Both the position numbers and the translations under genes were made by a program. The notes beneath the pieces are model-generated. The model saw only the letters and a list, made by a program, of their open reading frames with translations. It ran no database searches and had not been told where the DNA came from. Below are positions 1 to 9,640 of a DNA stretch of 64,000 nucleotides, in pieces. The stretch is from an uncultured Bacillota bacterium. Its GTDB lineage: Bacteria > Bacillota > Clostridia > Caldicoprobacterales > UBA3941. The DNA lies in assembly GCA_938003915.1 (NCBI GenBank), contig CALKWV010000076.1, forward strand, positions 8,600-72,599, given 5' to 3'. Every line of letters begins with the position of its first letter. Position 1 is the first letter of the stretch.

Positions 1-402
1 TTAGGTATATTATTGGTTGTTGCTGTTCCCAGTATTACAGATTCAATAGACAAATGGATTTTGGAATCTACAGCTAGGCAGATTGTAGAAGATATTCGTT
101 GGACACAGCATCTAGCTATAACCAAGGGAGTAACCCATAATTTTGACCTTAATATTACAAACAGATCATATAGAATAAGAAGCGCTGTTATTCAAGAACC
201 AACTATAAAGAGTGTAAAGTTTAATTCAACAATTGCAAATATTAGTAGTTCCTTTAGAAATCATGGTTCTTATAAGAGGCTTTCTTTTGCAACTACAGGC
301 AATCCGTCTCAAACTGGCAGTATCGTTTTAACATCAAAAAAAGGTAGAGAATTAACTATAACAGTAGCAGTTGGAACAGGGAGGGTGACCATTAAATATT
401 GA
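1..402 (+). CDS. GspH/FimT-like minor pseudopilin (5' end outside the window)
   Basis: The frame is open from base 1 (LGILLVVAVPS = end of a pilin-type hydrophobic N-terminal helix). It is the first of four consecutive pilin-like genes upstream of pilMNO. Its stop overlaps the next start (TTGA). Confidence 0.5.
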   Translation, partial: LGILLVVAVPSITDSIDKWILESTARQIVEDIRWTQHLAITKGVTHNFDLNITNRSYRIRSAVIQEPTIKSVKFNSTIANISSSFRNHGSYKRLSFATTGNPSQTGSIVLTSKKGRELTITVAVGTGRVTIKY

Positions 403-1130
403 GTAAAAATAAAGGGGTATCATTAGTTGAAGTTCTTGTTTCCATTTTTATTTTAGCAATAATAATAGGCCCTTTTACTGGAATGTTTCTCCAATCTACA
501 AAAGTACGGGAATTTACGTCTAAGCAGCTTAAAGTAATATATTCAGTGCGAAATGAAATGGAAACTCTAATGTCAAAAAACTCTTTGGCGGCCTATGATC
601 ATTGTGGAATAAAAAAGATAAATGATTTCTTTATTCGAACATCAATTAAGCCTTATTCTGTTAAGACTGGTTCTAATTGTTTTTATATCATTGTTAAGAA
701 TATAGGGAATTTAAGAGATGAGATATTGATTTTCACTCCCAATGAGTACCAATCAGTTTTACTAGCACATGATAGCAATACTTTTAAAATAGAAATCGAT
801 ATTAAAAACACGTATTATAATTTAAATTTTGGGAATCGAATCATAACAGGCAGCCTTGATTCTTCTCATAAAAGTGATATATACATCAATTTAATAGAAA
901 AGCAATCTAGTAATAATATTATTTTTCATATAACTGGAAATGCCTATATAACTATATATCCAGGAAACAACAAAAATTGGACTTTGTTCTCTGACAATGA
1001 ATATACAATATTCGATAAATGCTTTTATAGAGATTATTCAATTTTTAGCGCTAAGATAGAAGCATTTGAGGATATTAATCTAGAACATTCCATATTTGAA
1101 ATACAGAATATTATAAGACTAAAAAATTAA
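399..1130 (+). CDS. prepilin-type N-terminal cleavage/methylation domain protein (minor pilin)
   Basis: The N-terminus MSKNKG/VSLVEVLVSIFILAIIIG has a short basic leader, a Gly cleavage site, Glu at +5 and a hydrophobic helix, as in type IV prepilins. The TTG start overlaps the upstream stop. Confidence 0.6.
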   Translation: MSKNKGVSLVEVLVSIFILAIIIGPFTGMFLQSTKVREFTSKQLKVIYSVRNEMETLMSKNSLAAYDHCGIKKINDFFIRTSIKPYSVKTGSNCFYIIVKNIGNLRDEILIFTPNEYQSVLLAHDSNTFKIEIDIKNTYYNLNFGNRIITGSLDSSHKSDIYINLIEKQSSNNIIFHITGNAYITIYPGNNKNWTLFSDNEYTIFDKCFYRDYSIFSAKIEAFEDINLEHSIFEIQNIIRLKN

Positions 1131-1136
1131 TATGCT

Positions 1137-1619
1137 TTGAAAGGATGTATTACTTTGGGACATTTATTACCAACAAAAAAATCATTTTTGACATGCAAGA
1201 ACTTTTACCAATCAAAAAAGGGCATTGCTTTAACTGAGCTTATTATATATGCCAGTCTCATTCTTATAGTGTTTTTCTTAGGTTATTCTATATATCTATT
1301 TGGCATACAAGGTTACATAAATAATGTTTCATCTATAGAAAATCAGTCTAATGTTCGTATAGCTATGGAACATATAACTTACCATATTAGAAGGTCTAAT
1401 TCAGTTTATATTAAGGAAAATAGTTTAATAGTAGGAGATGAAAGCTATAGCTTATCAGATAATATATTGATGAATAAAAACAATCAGTTGGCAACAGGTA
1501 TATCCGAGTTTTTCTTTGACAAACCTAGTCCTTCTTTAGTGTATGTTAAAATCTCTAGCATTCCAAATAAAAACAAGCAAAAGTTTTCCCTAGAGGCTTA
1601 TTTTCATATAATGAACTAG
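1137..1619 (+). CDS. prepilin-type N-terminal cleavage/methylation domain protein (PilW-like minor pilin)
   Basis: Contains the prepilin motif QSKKG/IALTELIIYASLILIVF. The true start is uncertain: TTG 1137, or TTG 1188 which gives a 12-aa leader. Confidence 0.55.
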   Translation: MKGCITLGHLLPTKKSFLTCKNFYQSKKGIALTELIIYASLILIVFFLGYSIYLFGIQGYINNVSSIENQSNVRIAMEHITYHIRRSNSVYIKENSLIVGDESYSLSDNILMNKNNQLATGISEFFFDKPSPSLVYVKISSIPNKNKQKFSLEAYFHIMN

Positions 1620-1667
1620 CTCCTTTTTTAATTACTTAAATTTAATAAAAAGGAGATTAGTCTTGAT

Positions 1668-2171
1668 ATGAATGGTTCAAAAGGTTCTGCTATAATTATA
1701 GTTCTTTTAGTGTTAATAGTTGTATCGGTATTGGGTATAACTTTGCTAAACATGGATCACATCCATTTAAAAATTTTGTCTGCGGACAAGCTCTACCAAG
1801 CAGCTTATTACTTTGCAGAAGCAGGTTTAACACAACAGATAGAAATTATATGTAACAATATGGAAAGTCTATATAAGGATCCGACAATTAAAAGCCGGCA
1901 CTCTTTTCTTGCCAAATTACTAGAGACTCCCATAAATCCTCCTGAATTTAAGGATTATTTAGGAAGAAAGGTTAAAATCAACATAACTTATAAAATAAAT
2001 AGTAACGTTAATGGAAAAGATCAATTAATTCTGGTATCTACCTGTAGCATCGGTGATATAAGACGGTCAATAAAGGCTACTATACATGTTCTTTGGAGGG
2101 ATCCTAAGGATCCGGACTTTGAATTAGACCATTCATGTTTTTATATAGCAGAATGGGGAGAGACTAGATAA
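1668..2171 (+). CDS. PilX-N/ComGG-like pilus minor component
   Basis: MNGSKGSAIIIVLLVLIVVSVLGITLL is a signal-anchor of the PilX_N type. It lies between the minor pilins and pilM. Confidence 0.45.
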   Translation: MNGSKGSAIIIVLLVLIVVSVLGITLLNMDHIHLKILSADKLYQAAYYFAEAGLTQQIEIICNNMESLYKDPTIKSRHSFLAKLLETPINPPEFKDYLGRKVKINITYKINSNVNGKDQLILVSTCSIGDIRRSIKATIHVLWRDPKDPDFELDHSCFYIAEWGETR

Positions 2172-2191
2172 TTTATCTGGAGGTATTTGAC

Positions 2192-3130
2192 GTGGTTATT
2201 AAGTCCAAAGTGTCTTTAGGATTAGATATAGATTCTCACAAGATCAAACTTATTAGAATGAATAATAATTCAATCTGCAACAAATGGATTATAGAATCAA
2301 TACCTAATGGTCTAATAACTAGGGATAGGATTCTTTCCGAAGATTTACTGGGACAACACATAAGAGAAATAATTAGATTATACAAGATTAGAGAAAAAAG
2401 ATGTGCCTTGTGCCTACCTGCTCATCACGTAACCATAAAAGGTATCACTCTCCCAAAAATGCAAAAAGAAATACTAATGGAGAACATTCTTTATGACATA
2501 AGAGAATATTTGCCCTTAGAATTAGACAATTATACTATAGACTACAGGATAATGAATACGACAACTATCAATGATATAGAATATTGGGATATCTTGGTAG
2601 TAGTTGTTTTAAAAGAAGTAATCTCTTCTTATATTAGAGTATTAAAAAAGGCTGGCTTAAAACCTATATTCTTAGATATTCCATTTAATTGCATGCAAAA
2701 ACTTCTCATAAAATTTTCTGATAATAGCAAACAAAAGATATTAAAAAGTGGAAACCTATGTTTAGTTGATCTAGGGCACTATTATAATGAGATTATCATT
2801 GTACAGAAGGGAATATATTTTGCAAACAGAACCGTAGCAAATGAAGAAGAAAAAACAGATTTATCTCAAATAAGAGATGAAATCTTGGGGATAATTAGAT
2901 ACTTCAATAATCAAGCATCTTCTAACAATCAATTGGATCATATAATCATATTTGGAGAAGAAGCAAGCTGGGAGTTATTGGAGTTGCTTAAACAAGATTT
3001 GAAATTAGGTGTATCTTTATGGACGGATTGGGTTAATTTTAATAATTTATTTTCTGATTATTATCCCGTTAAAAGAATTATATCACTGAGCAAGGCTATT
3101 GGTGCTACTATAAGGAGAATTGCCCTATGA
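2192..3130 (+). CDS. pilM: type IV pilus assembly protein PilM (actin-like ATPase fold)
   Basis: 312 aa with an LGLDIDSHKIKLIRM phosphate-1-like start. The GTG start has GGAGG 8 nt upstream. There is an ATGA overlap with the pilN-like gene. Confidence 0.75.
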   Translation: MVIKSKVSLGLDIDSHKIKLIRMNNNSICNKWIIESIPNGLITRDRILSEDLLGQHIREIIRLYKIREKRCALCLPAHHVTIKGITLPKMQKEILMENILYDIREYLPLELDNYTIDYRIMNTTTINDIEYWDILVVVVLKEVISSYIRVLKKAGLKPIFLDIPFNCMQKLLIKFSDNSKQKILKSGNLCLVDLGHYYNEIIIVQKGIYFANRTVANEEEKTDLSQIRDEILGIIRYFNNQASSNNQLDHIIIFGEEASWELLELLKQDLKLGVSLWTDWVNFNNLFSDYYPVKRIISLSKAIGATIRRIAL

Positions 3131-3702
3131 AGTTAGATATAAACCTAATGGCAGACCGTAAAATGCATGGAAATCATCTAACAATAACAGCACTTATATT
3201 ATTTATTATAATTATTTTATTTGCTTTTGTATTACCTATTAAATATAGAAATAGTCTTGTATCAGAAAAAGAAAAAACAAACCAAGAATTAGTATACATA
3301 AATAAAACAAATTCTGAATATCTCCATCTAAAAAATCAATTAGCAAGTTTGTCAAAACGTATAGAAATTAATGACCAAATAGAGGCCAGGAAAAAAGATT
3401 TTTATAATATTTTAGAAATAGTTGATGATTCAATTACTCGGGAAATCCAACTTTCCCATATAAGCATTAATGGAACAGTATTAACTATTCAAGGTTTTGC
3501 TCCTAATGATAAAACCATAGCTAATTTCATCCTAAAATTACAAGACAACCAATTAATAAAGGCAGTTAACATACAGGAAATTTTCTTAGACAAAGACAGG
3601 CAAAGTCGTAATTTCTCTATTGAATGTGTGACACAGCTTCCAGTTCCTTATATAGAAGATCTTTCCATTGAGGAGGAAGAGGAAGTTGAAGATTTCAACT
3701 AG
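3127..3702 (+). CDS. pilN: PilN-like fimbrial assembly protein
   Basis: Has a single N-terminal TM (LTITALILFIIIILFAFVLPI) followed by coiled-coil and beta regions. Position is after pilM. The C-terminus is unusually acidic (SIEEEEEVEDFN). Confidence 0.6.
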   Translation: MKLDINLMADRKMHGNHLTITALILFIIIILFAFVLPIKYRNSLVSEKEKTNQELVYINKTNSEYLHLKNQLASLSKRIEINDQIEARKKDFYNILEIVDDSITREIQLSHISINGTVLTIQGFAPNDKTIANFILKLQDNQLIKAVNIQEIFLDKDRQSRNFSIECVTQLPVPYIEDLSIEEEEEVEDFN

Positions 3703-4243
3703 GGAAAAAGCATTGATATCCATAACTTTAGTAGTGATTTTTGTAATACTATATTTTAACTTGTTCTTCAAAAAAATCCACCATGAAATTACCACAATGA
3801 AAAATCAAATCCAGAAAAATAAGGAAGACATAGAAGCAGCTTTATATTCTACACCTCAAATAGATGAATTAAAAAACAAATTATTAGAACTAAGGAGCCA
3901 ATCTGACCAGATTCTACAAGTAGTTGATACTAACAAGGTTAGCTCCCAGATTATTATCTTTATGGAAGAAGCTATTGGAGGATTAGGATTAGGGACCAAG
4001 ATAAAATTCATGGATACGCAGGAACAGAAAGAATATAAAATTATAACCATTACCCTTAATTTTGAGACTAGTTATGACAATATTAAAAAAATTATCTTTA
4101 ACCTAGAAAAGGCACCCTGGCCTCTTATAATTGATGATATAAAAATAAATAAAAAACAATCGGATTTAATAAACTCAGCCTTTGATTGGGATGTAGAGGC
4201 AGTATTACATTTTCTAATCTTCCGTCACGATGAATATAGCTAA
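3668..4243 (+). CDS. pilO: PilO-like pilus assembly protein
   Basis: Has an N-terminal TM (ALISITLVVIFVILYF) followed by a coiled coil. It overlaps the pilN 3' end. The more likely start is TTG 3686, preceded by the purine run GAGGAGGAAGAGGAAG. Confidence 0.55.
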   Translation: MRRKRKLKISTREKALISITLVVIFVILYFNLFFKKIHHEITTMKNQIQKNKEDIEAALYSTPQIDELKNKLLELRSQSDQILQVVDTNKVSSQIIIFMEEAIGGLGLGTKIKFMDTQEQKEYKIITITLNFETSYDNIKKIIFNLEKAPWPLIIDDIKINKKQSDLINSAFDWDVEAVLHFLIFRHDEYS

Positions 4244-4371
4244 TATGCCATTTACATAATTTAGATTAATACTATGGATTTATAGCTACAAATGTTATAA
4301 TCATAGAAATAGAAAATTCAAATTTTGTACATAAGCATCAATAAAATTCAGGTTAGGTGATGTGATTAATA

Positions 4372-4893
4372 ATGGACAATATAATACTAGTAGGCTTCAT
4401 GGGAGTGGGTAAATCCACCATTGGAAGTGAGCTAGCCAAAAAAATATCCTATAAATTTTTAGATTCGGATAATAAAATTGAGGAAAGAGCTGGCATGAGT
4501 ATACCGGATATTTTCCGTATCTATGGCGAAAAATATTTTAGAAGATTAGAATTTGAAATAATAAAGGATATAGTGAATATGTCAGGTATTGTATTGGCCA
4601 CCGGCGGAGGAGCAGTGATGAATAAACAGCTCTTTGAGATGTTGATGTCAAAGGGGACAGTTATTCATTTAGATGCTTCCCTATCAACTTTATATGATAG
4701 GCTTAAGGATTCAAATAACCGTCCTATGCTAAATCATAGTAATTGCAAAAAAAGAATAGATGAGCTCTACAGTCTTAGAAGGCCTGTATATATGAAAGCT
4801 CATCATACTATAAACACTGATGGTAAAAAGATAGAGGACATAGTGGATGAAATTGCAGAAATTATTATTGGAAGGGAAGAAGACAAGCGTTGA
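4372..4893 (+). CDS. aroK: shikimate kinase
   Basis: 173 aa with Walker A GFMGVGKSTIG and a typical AroK layout (DSD..IE, GGG lid). Confidence 0.9.
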   Translation: MDNIILVGFMGVGKSTIGSELAKKISYKFLDSDNKIEERAGMSIPDIFRIYGEKYFRRLEFEIIKDIVNMSGIVLATGGGAVMNKQLFEMLMSKGTVIHLDASLSTLYDRLKDSNNRPMLNHSNCKKRIDELYSLRRPVYMKAHHTINTDGKKIEDIVDEIAEIIIGREEDKR

Positions 4894-5777
4894 ATTTCAA
4901 TAACGGTATTCGATTTGGCCCCTCAGGTAATAGCGAATCCTTCTATAAACAAGGGCATAAGAGTAGCGTTGAAATGCCCAAATGGTTACATTATATGGGG
5001 TTAAACGCCTATGAGTATTCATTAACTCGAGGTATTAATATAAAAGAGGAAACGGCAAGATTAATTGGAAAAGAAGCTAAAAAATATGATATAGCAGTAA
5101 GCGTTCATGCACCATATTATATAAATCTTGCTTCACCTGAGAAGGAGAAAACAGAAAAGTCTATAAAGTATATTTTAGACTCCCTTGAAGTAGCTACATG
5201 GCTTGGAGCAAAAAAGGTGGTTTTTCATCCGGGTTCCTGTGCAAAAATTAGCAGAAAGGAAGCTAATGAAAATGTGATAAAAATGTTGGAACAGCTAATA
5301 GCCCAAGCCAGGGATTATCTTAAAAATGGTATGTTTTTATGTCCAGAAACGATGGGAAAATTAAATCAGATTGGTACATTAGATGAGATTTTATTCTTTT
5401 GTTCTCTACACGATAACATCATACCTACTTTAGATTTTGGACATATACATGCAAGGGGATTAGGGGCTATTAATAGCAAAGAAGATTATGAAGAAATCAT
5501 AAATAGGGTAGAAAATGCTATTGGCAATGAGAGAACCAAATATTTTCATTCTCATTTTAGCCGTATTGAATTCACCGAAGGTGGTGAAAAAAAACACTGG
5601 ACTATTTCTGATACACAATATGGACCAGAATTTTCCTATTTAGCTGAAGTAATAATTGAAAGAAATCTTACTCCAACAATTATTTGTGAGTCCAGAGGAG
5701 TTATGGCTGAAGATGCCCTTAAGTTGAAGAATATATATCAAGAAAAAATTATACTATCCAATAATGGCAATATATGA
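4890..5777 (+). CDS. xylose-isomerase-like TIM-barrel protein, endonuclease IV (Nfo)-related
   Basis: The motifs HAPYYINL, FHPGS, CPETMG, DFGHIHA and HFSRIE parallel the Nfo metal ligands. The TTG start overlaps the aroK stop (GTTGA). Confidence 0.65.
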   Translation: MNFNNGIRFGPSGNSESFYKQGHKSSVEMPKWLHYMGLNAYEYSLTRGINIKEETARLIGKEAKKYDIAVSVHAPYYINLASPEKEKTEKSIKYILDSLEVATWLGAKKVVFHPGSCAKISRKEANENVIKMLEQLIAQARDYLKNGMFLCPETMGKLNQIGTLDEILFFCSLHDNIIPTLDFGHIHARGLGAINSKEDYEEIINRVENAIGNERTKYFHSHFSRIEFTEGGEKKHWTISDTQYGPEFSYLAEVIIERNLTPTIICESRGVMAEDALKLKNIYQEKIILSNNGNI

Positions 5778-5817
5778 TAATATATATATGAAATTTTGAA
5801 AAGGAGTTATAATTAGA

Positions 5818-6264
5818 ATGAAAATTCTAATTTTGAATGGTCCCAATTTAAATCTTTTAGGAGTTAGAGAACCGTCTATTTATGGTAAGTCTAACTTGGA
5901 TGATCTAATTATGGATTTAGAAAATCGAGCCCAATCTTTAGGAGTGGAAATTTCTCATTTCCAGTCCAATAGCGAAGGAGCTTTAATAGACCAGATTCAT
6001 AAAGCTAGAGAAAAATTTCATGGTATAATCTTCAATCCTGGAGCTTTCAGCCATTATAGCTATGCTTTGAGGGATGCTATATCCGCGGTTGAGCTCCCGG
6101 TTATTGAAGTACATATATCAAATATAAATGCTAGGGAGTCTTTTCGAAATTTGTCTGTTATAGCCCCTGTATGCCTTGGCCAAATAAGTGGCTTAGGATT
6201 AGAGGGATATGGACTTGCCCTAGAATATCTAGTAAAATATTTATCTAATTCAACTGCAAAATAA
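5818..6264 (+). CDS. aroQ: type II 3-dehydroquinate dehydratase
   Basis: 148 aa. MKILILNGPNLNLLGVREPSIYG and HISNI..RE are classic AroQ signatures. Confidence 0.95.
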   Translation: MKILILNGPNLNLLGVREPSIYGKSNLDDLIMDLENRAQSLGVEISHFQSNSEGALIDQIHKAREKFHGIIFNPGAFSHYSYALRDAISAVELPVIEVHISNINARESFRNLSVIAPVCLGQISGLGLEGYGLALEYLVKYLSNSTAK

Positions 6265-6312
6265 TTGCAGCCATTAACTATTTTAAATTAATATGGATAG
6301 GAGATGAAAATT

Positions 6313-6870
6313 ATGATTTCAGCAGGAGATTTTAGAAAAGGTATTACAATTGAACTTGATGGTCAAGTTTATACCATTGTAGATTTTCAACATGTTAAAC
6401 CAGGTAAAGGGGCTGCCTTTGTAAGAACTAAGATAAAAAACATAGTAACTGGAAGTACTATAGAAAAAACTTTCAGCCCTACAGAAAAAGTACCTAGAGC
6501 TCATATAGAGACAAAGGAGATGCAATATCTTTACAATGATGGTAACCTATACTATTTTATGGACACAGAAACCTACGAGCAAATACCTCTAAATCAAGAC
6601 CAAGTGGAAGATGCAATTAAATTTATTAAAGAAAATATGAATGTAACCATCAAGTTCTATAAGGGTGAGGCTTTTTCTGTAGAACCTCCCTTCTTTGTTG
6701 AGTTAGAGGTAACCCATACAGAACCTGGCTTTAAAGGGGACACAGCTACAGGAGGTAGTAAGCCCGCTACCCTTGAGACGGGTGCAGTAGTCCAAGTTCC
6801 TCTCTTTGTTAATGTGGGTGACATTATACGTATCGATACTAGAACTGGTGAGTATATGGAAAGAGTTTAA
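6313..6870 (+). CDS. efp: elongation factor P
   Basis: [43 protein letters not shown] is canonical EF-P. ATG 6313 was chosen over ATG 6304 (GGAGA 8 nt upstream, and the usual EF-P N-terminus). Confidence 0.95.
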   Translation: MISAGDFRKGITIELDGQVYTIVDFQHVKPGKGAAFVRTKIKNIVTGSTIEKTFSPTEKVPRAHIETKEMQYLYNDGNLYYFMDTETYEQIPLNQDQVEDAIKFIKENMNVTIKFYKGEAFSVEPPFFVELEVTHTEPGFKGDTATGGSKPATLETGAVVQVPLFVNVGDIIRIDTRTGEYMERV

Positions 6871-6921
6871 GGGGAATTATATTAGTGTTGACACACTATA
6901 AAGTAGAAAGAAGGGATAGTT

Positions 6922-7329
6922 TTGAATTATTTAATTGAACGAGTGGCCTACCTTAAAGGCTTGATGGATGGTTTAGGAATTAACGATAGTACCAATGAAG
7001 GAAAAATCCTTGTAAATATCGTTGATATTTTAGATGATATAGTTGATGAAATTATTGAACTACACGATTCTCGAGCTGAGCTAGATGAATACGTACAAAC
7101 CATTGATGAAGACTTATCAACTGTAGAAGATGAATTATATGGGAATAATGATTATGATGAAGATGATGATTATGATGATATCCAGTATATTGAGGTAGAG
7201 TGTCCCCACTGTCATGAAATTGTTTATTTTTCTGACGATATTTTTGATGTGGAGGACGAGTTATTATGCCCAAATTGTAATAAGACAATATACGATGAAG
7301 AAGACAATAATGATAATGACGCAGATTAA
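6922..7329 (+). CDS. acidic zinc-ribbon protein of unknown function (CD1247 N-terminal-domain-like)
   Basis: 135 aa. An N-terminal helical part is followed by a D/E-rich stretch and two CxxC pairs (CPHC...CPNC). It lies between efp and spoIIIAA and is followed by a strong terminator. Confidence 0.55.
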   Translation: MNYLIERVAYLKGLMDGLGINDSTNEGKILVNIVDILDDIVDEIIELHDSRAELDEYVQTIDEDLSTVEDELYGNNDYDEDDDYDDIQYIEVECPHCHEIVYFSDDIFDVEDELLCPNCNKTIYDEEDNNDNDAD

Positions 7330-7347
7330 TTTTACATATTTAAACTC

Positions 7348-7375
7348 AGACCGGTTAAACACCGGTCTTTTTTTA
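7348..7375 (+). terminator. rho-independent terminator after the zinc-ribbon gene
   Basis: AGACCGGT-taaac-ACCGGTCT followed by TTTTTTT. Confidence 0.9.
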
Positions 7376-7445
7376 TATAAAAAATGGTTATAAACAACCC
7401 TTTACTATCATAGATATATTATACAAAAAGAAAGGACGAGTCCAT

Positions 7446-8441
7446 ATGATACAAAGGATAGAAAATAACCAAAGAAATACTTTACAACCAATATTAGATG
7501 CACTGCCAGATAATATAAGAAGGATGGTTTTATCCATAAATCCCACGATACTGGAAGCCTTAGAGGAAATACGAATCCGCCAAAATCGTCCCCTCATGGT
7601 ATATAGCCGTGGAAGGGACTATTTTCTATGTATCAATGGAACAGCTGTTCCTCATTATCCAAAGAATGCCTACATCGTGACCAAAGAAGATATAAGGAGA
7701 ATATTAGATTTAATCTCTAATTATTCTATTTATGCTTTTGAAGAAGAATTGCGTCATGGATATATAACACTACAAGGCGGATATCGTGTTGGGATATCTG
7801 GCAAGGTAGTATTAGGGAAGGAAGGAATTGTTACCTTTCAACATATAACTTCCTTCAATATAAGAATAGCCAGACAAATCATCAACATAGCAAATAAAAT
7901 TTTGCCTTTTGTTATAGATAATGGTCAAGTGTTACACACTCTAATACTTTCCCCTCCCCAAATGGGGAAGACCACTTTATTGCGGGATCTATCCAGACAG
8001 CTTAGCAATGGTTTCCCTGGATTTAGAGGAGTGAAGGTAGGAATTGTGGATGAACGCTCTGAAATTGCAGGATGTTTTCAAGGAATACCTCAAAATGACG
8101 TAGGAGTCAGAACAGATATACTGGATGGATGTCCAAAAGCATTAGGCATAATTATGTTTATACGTTCCATGTCCCCTAACGTGATAATAACTGATGAAAT
8201 TGGCAAACCCGAAGATGTTATAGCCATAGAAGATGCTTTAAATGCTGGAATTAAAATTATAACAACTGCCCACAGCTCTGACCTAGAAGATGCTCGTCAA
8301 AGACCTATTTTAAAATCCCTTTTAGACAAGAAAGTTTTTCAAAGAATATTGGTGCTAGGTAACAGTCTTGGGACAGGAACTTTAGAGAAAGTTTATGATG
8401 GAATTAATGGACAAATATTATTAGATCGTCCTATTAGATAG
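7446..8441 (+). CDS. spoIIIAA: stage III sporulation protein AA (ATPase)
   Basis: 331 aa with Walker A SPPQMGKTTLLRD. It is the first gene of an 8-gene spoIIIA-ordered cluster. Confidence 0.9.
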   Translation: MIQRIENNQRNTLQPILDALPDNIRRMVLSINPTILEALEEIRIRQNRPLMVYSRGRDYFLCINGTAVPHYPKNAYIVTKEDIRRILDLISNYSIYAFEEELRHGYITLQGGYRVGISGKVVLGKEGIVTFQHITSFNIRIARQIINIANKILPFVIDNGQVLHTLILSPPQMGKTTLLRDLSRQLSNGFPGFRGVKVGIVDERSEIAGCFQGIPQNDVGVRTDILDGCPKALGIIMFIRSMSPNVIITDEIGKPEDVIAIEDALNAGIKIITTAHSSDLEDARQRPILKSLLDKKVFQRILVLGNSLGTGTLEKVYDGINGQILLDRPIR

Positions 8442-8477
8442 TTATAGAACAAAAGATTCTGGTTGGGAAGTGATAAG

Positions 8478-8999
8478 GTGTTTCTAAAAATAGCATCTAG
8501 CGTAGCAATTGTCGTATGCTGCACCCTTTTAGGAATGCATATGTCCTTTAGATATAAACAGAGAATATACAATATTAGAGTTTTACAAAGCATATTAGCT
8601 AATTTAGAAACAGAGATAGTTTATTACTCTACCTTTCTAACGCAGGCTATTAGAAATTCAATTAGAACATTGAATGGAGATTGGAAAATTTTTTTCATGG
8701 AAGTAGCAGATATTTTAGAAAATAAGCAGGAATATTCCCTTGATGACGCATGGAATAAATCTTTGAATAAAATACAAAAAAATCCGTATATAGGCAAAGC
8801 AGAGTTAGATATTATGTATCGATTTGGCTTACAGTTAGGCAGTAGCGATAGACAAAATCAACAGAAGTATTTTGAAATTGTACAAGAGCAACTAAAAATA
8901 GAAGAAGAAAATGCTAGGCAGCTTCACTTACGATATGGAAAAATGTACCGCAGCCTAGGCTTACTATTGGGTCTGGGTATAGCCATAATATTGTTCTAG
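8478..8999 (+). CDS. spoIIIAB: stage III sporulation protein AB
   Basis: Position and size fit, with an N-terminal TM (IASSVAIVVCCTLLG). GTG 8478 is preferred over the ORF-track TTG 8463. Confidence 0.8.
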   Translation: MFLKIASSVAIVVCCTLLGMHMSFRYKQRIYNIRVLQSILANLETEIVYYSTFLTQAIRNSIRTLNGDWKIFFMEVADILENKQEYSLDDAWNKSLNKIQKNPYIGKAELDIMYRFGLQLGSSDRQNQQKYFEIVQEQLKIEEENARQLHLRYGKMYRSLGLLLGLGIAIILF

Positions 9000-9021
9000 T
9001 TTACGAATGGAGGAAACTAAG

Positions 9022-9219
9022 GTGAACATTGATATTATTTTTAAGATAGCTGCAATTGGTATTTTGGTAGCAGTGGTAAATCATGTGCTTATAAGGGCAG
9101 GTAGGGATGAAATAGCTATGCTAACTACCCTTACAGGTGTAGTGATTGTTCTTCTAATGGTAGTAAACCTGATTAATGATTTATTTAATAGCGTGAGAAG
9201 TATCTTTCGTCTATATTAA
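9022..9219 (+). CDS. spoIIIAC: stage III sporulation protein AC
   Basis: A small two-TM protein starting VNIDIIFKIAAIGILVAVVNHVL, like SpoIIIAC. GTG 9022 has GGAGG 8 nt upstream; the ORF track starts at 9007. Confidence 0.8.
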   Translation: MNIDIIFKIAAIGILVAVVNHVLIRAGRDEIAMLTTLTGVVIVLLMVVNLINDLFNSVRSIFRLY

Positions 9220-9240
9220 AACCACTTAGAAGGTGTTCTT

Positions 9241-9627
9241 ATGGACATAGTTCAAATTGTTGGGATAGGCATTGTAGCTGCCATTCTTTCAATGATTATA
9301 AAACAGCATAAGCCTGAGATAGCTTTCCTTATAAGCATTGCAGCAGCTATATTTATATTTTTCATTATTGCTGATAAGCTCCCATATATTGTTAATGTGT
9401 TTAACGATATAATCAATAAAACTCAAATTGATACTGTTTTTATATCTACCTTAATAAAAATAATAGGTGTGGCATACATTACTGAATTCGGTTCTCAGAT
9501 TTGCCGGGATATGGGAGAAAATAGTATAGCTTCAAAAATAGAGCTGGGTGGTAAAGTGATAATTATGATTTTAGGGTTGCCAATATTAACAGCTCTAACT
9601 GAAATAGTTTTAGAAATATTGCCATAA
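9241..9627 (+). CDS. spoIIIAD: stage III sporulation protein AD
   Basis: MDIVQIVGIGIVAAIL matches the SpoIIIAD N-terminus. 128-aa polytopic membrane protein. Confidence 0.85.
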   Translation: MDIVQIVGIGIVAAILSMIIKQHKPEIAFLISIAAAIFIFFIIADKLPYIVNVFNDIINKTQIDTVFISTLIKIIGVAYITEFGSQICRDMGENSIASKIELGGKVIIMILGLPILTALTEIVLEILP

Positions 9628-9640
9628 GGAGTTTCAACAT

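Noticed and set aside
1137-1230. A possible frameshift in the third pilin gene. ATG 1193 in another frame reads MQELLPIKKG and would join the G/IALTELI prepilin motif if the A6 run (1213-1218) were one base shorter.
   Set aside because: The existing frame is already open from TTG 1137 and TTG 1188, and gives an acceptable leader ending in KKG. There is no RBS to discriminate and no need to invoke a frameshift.
7380-7445. Looked for a sigma-E-type promoter upstream of spoIIIAA (TATACAAAA at 7420 resembles the CATACA-T -10).
   Set aside because: I could not find a matching -35 (ATATT-like) at the appropriate spacing. This is too weak to annotate.
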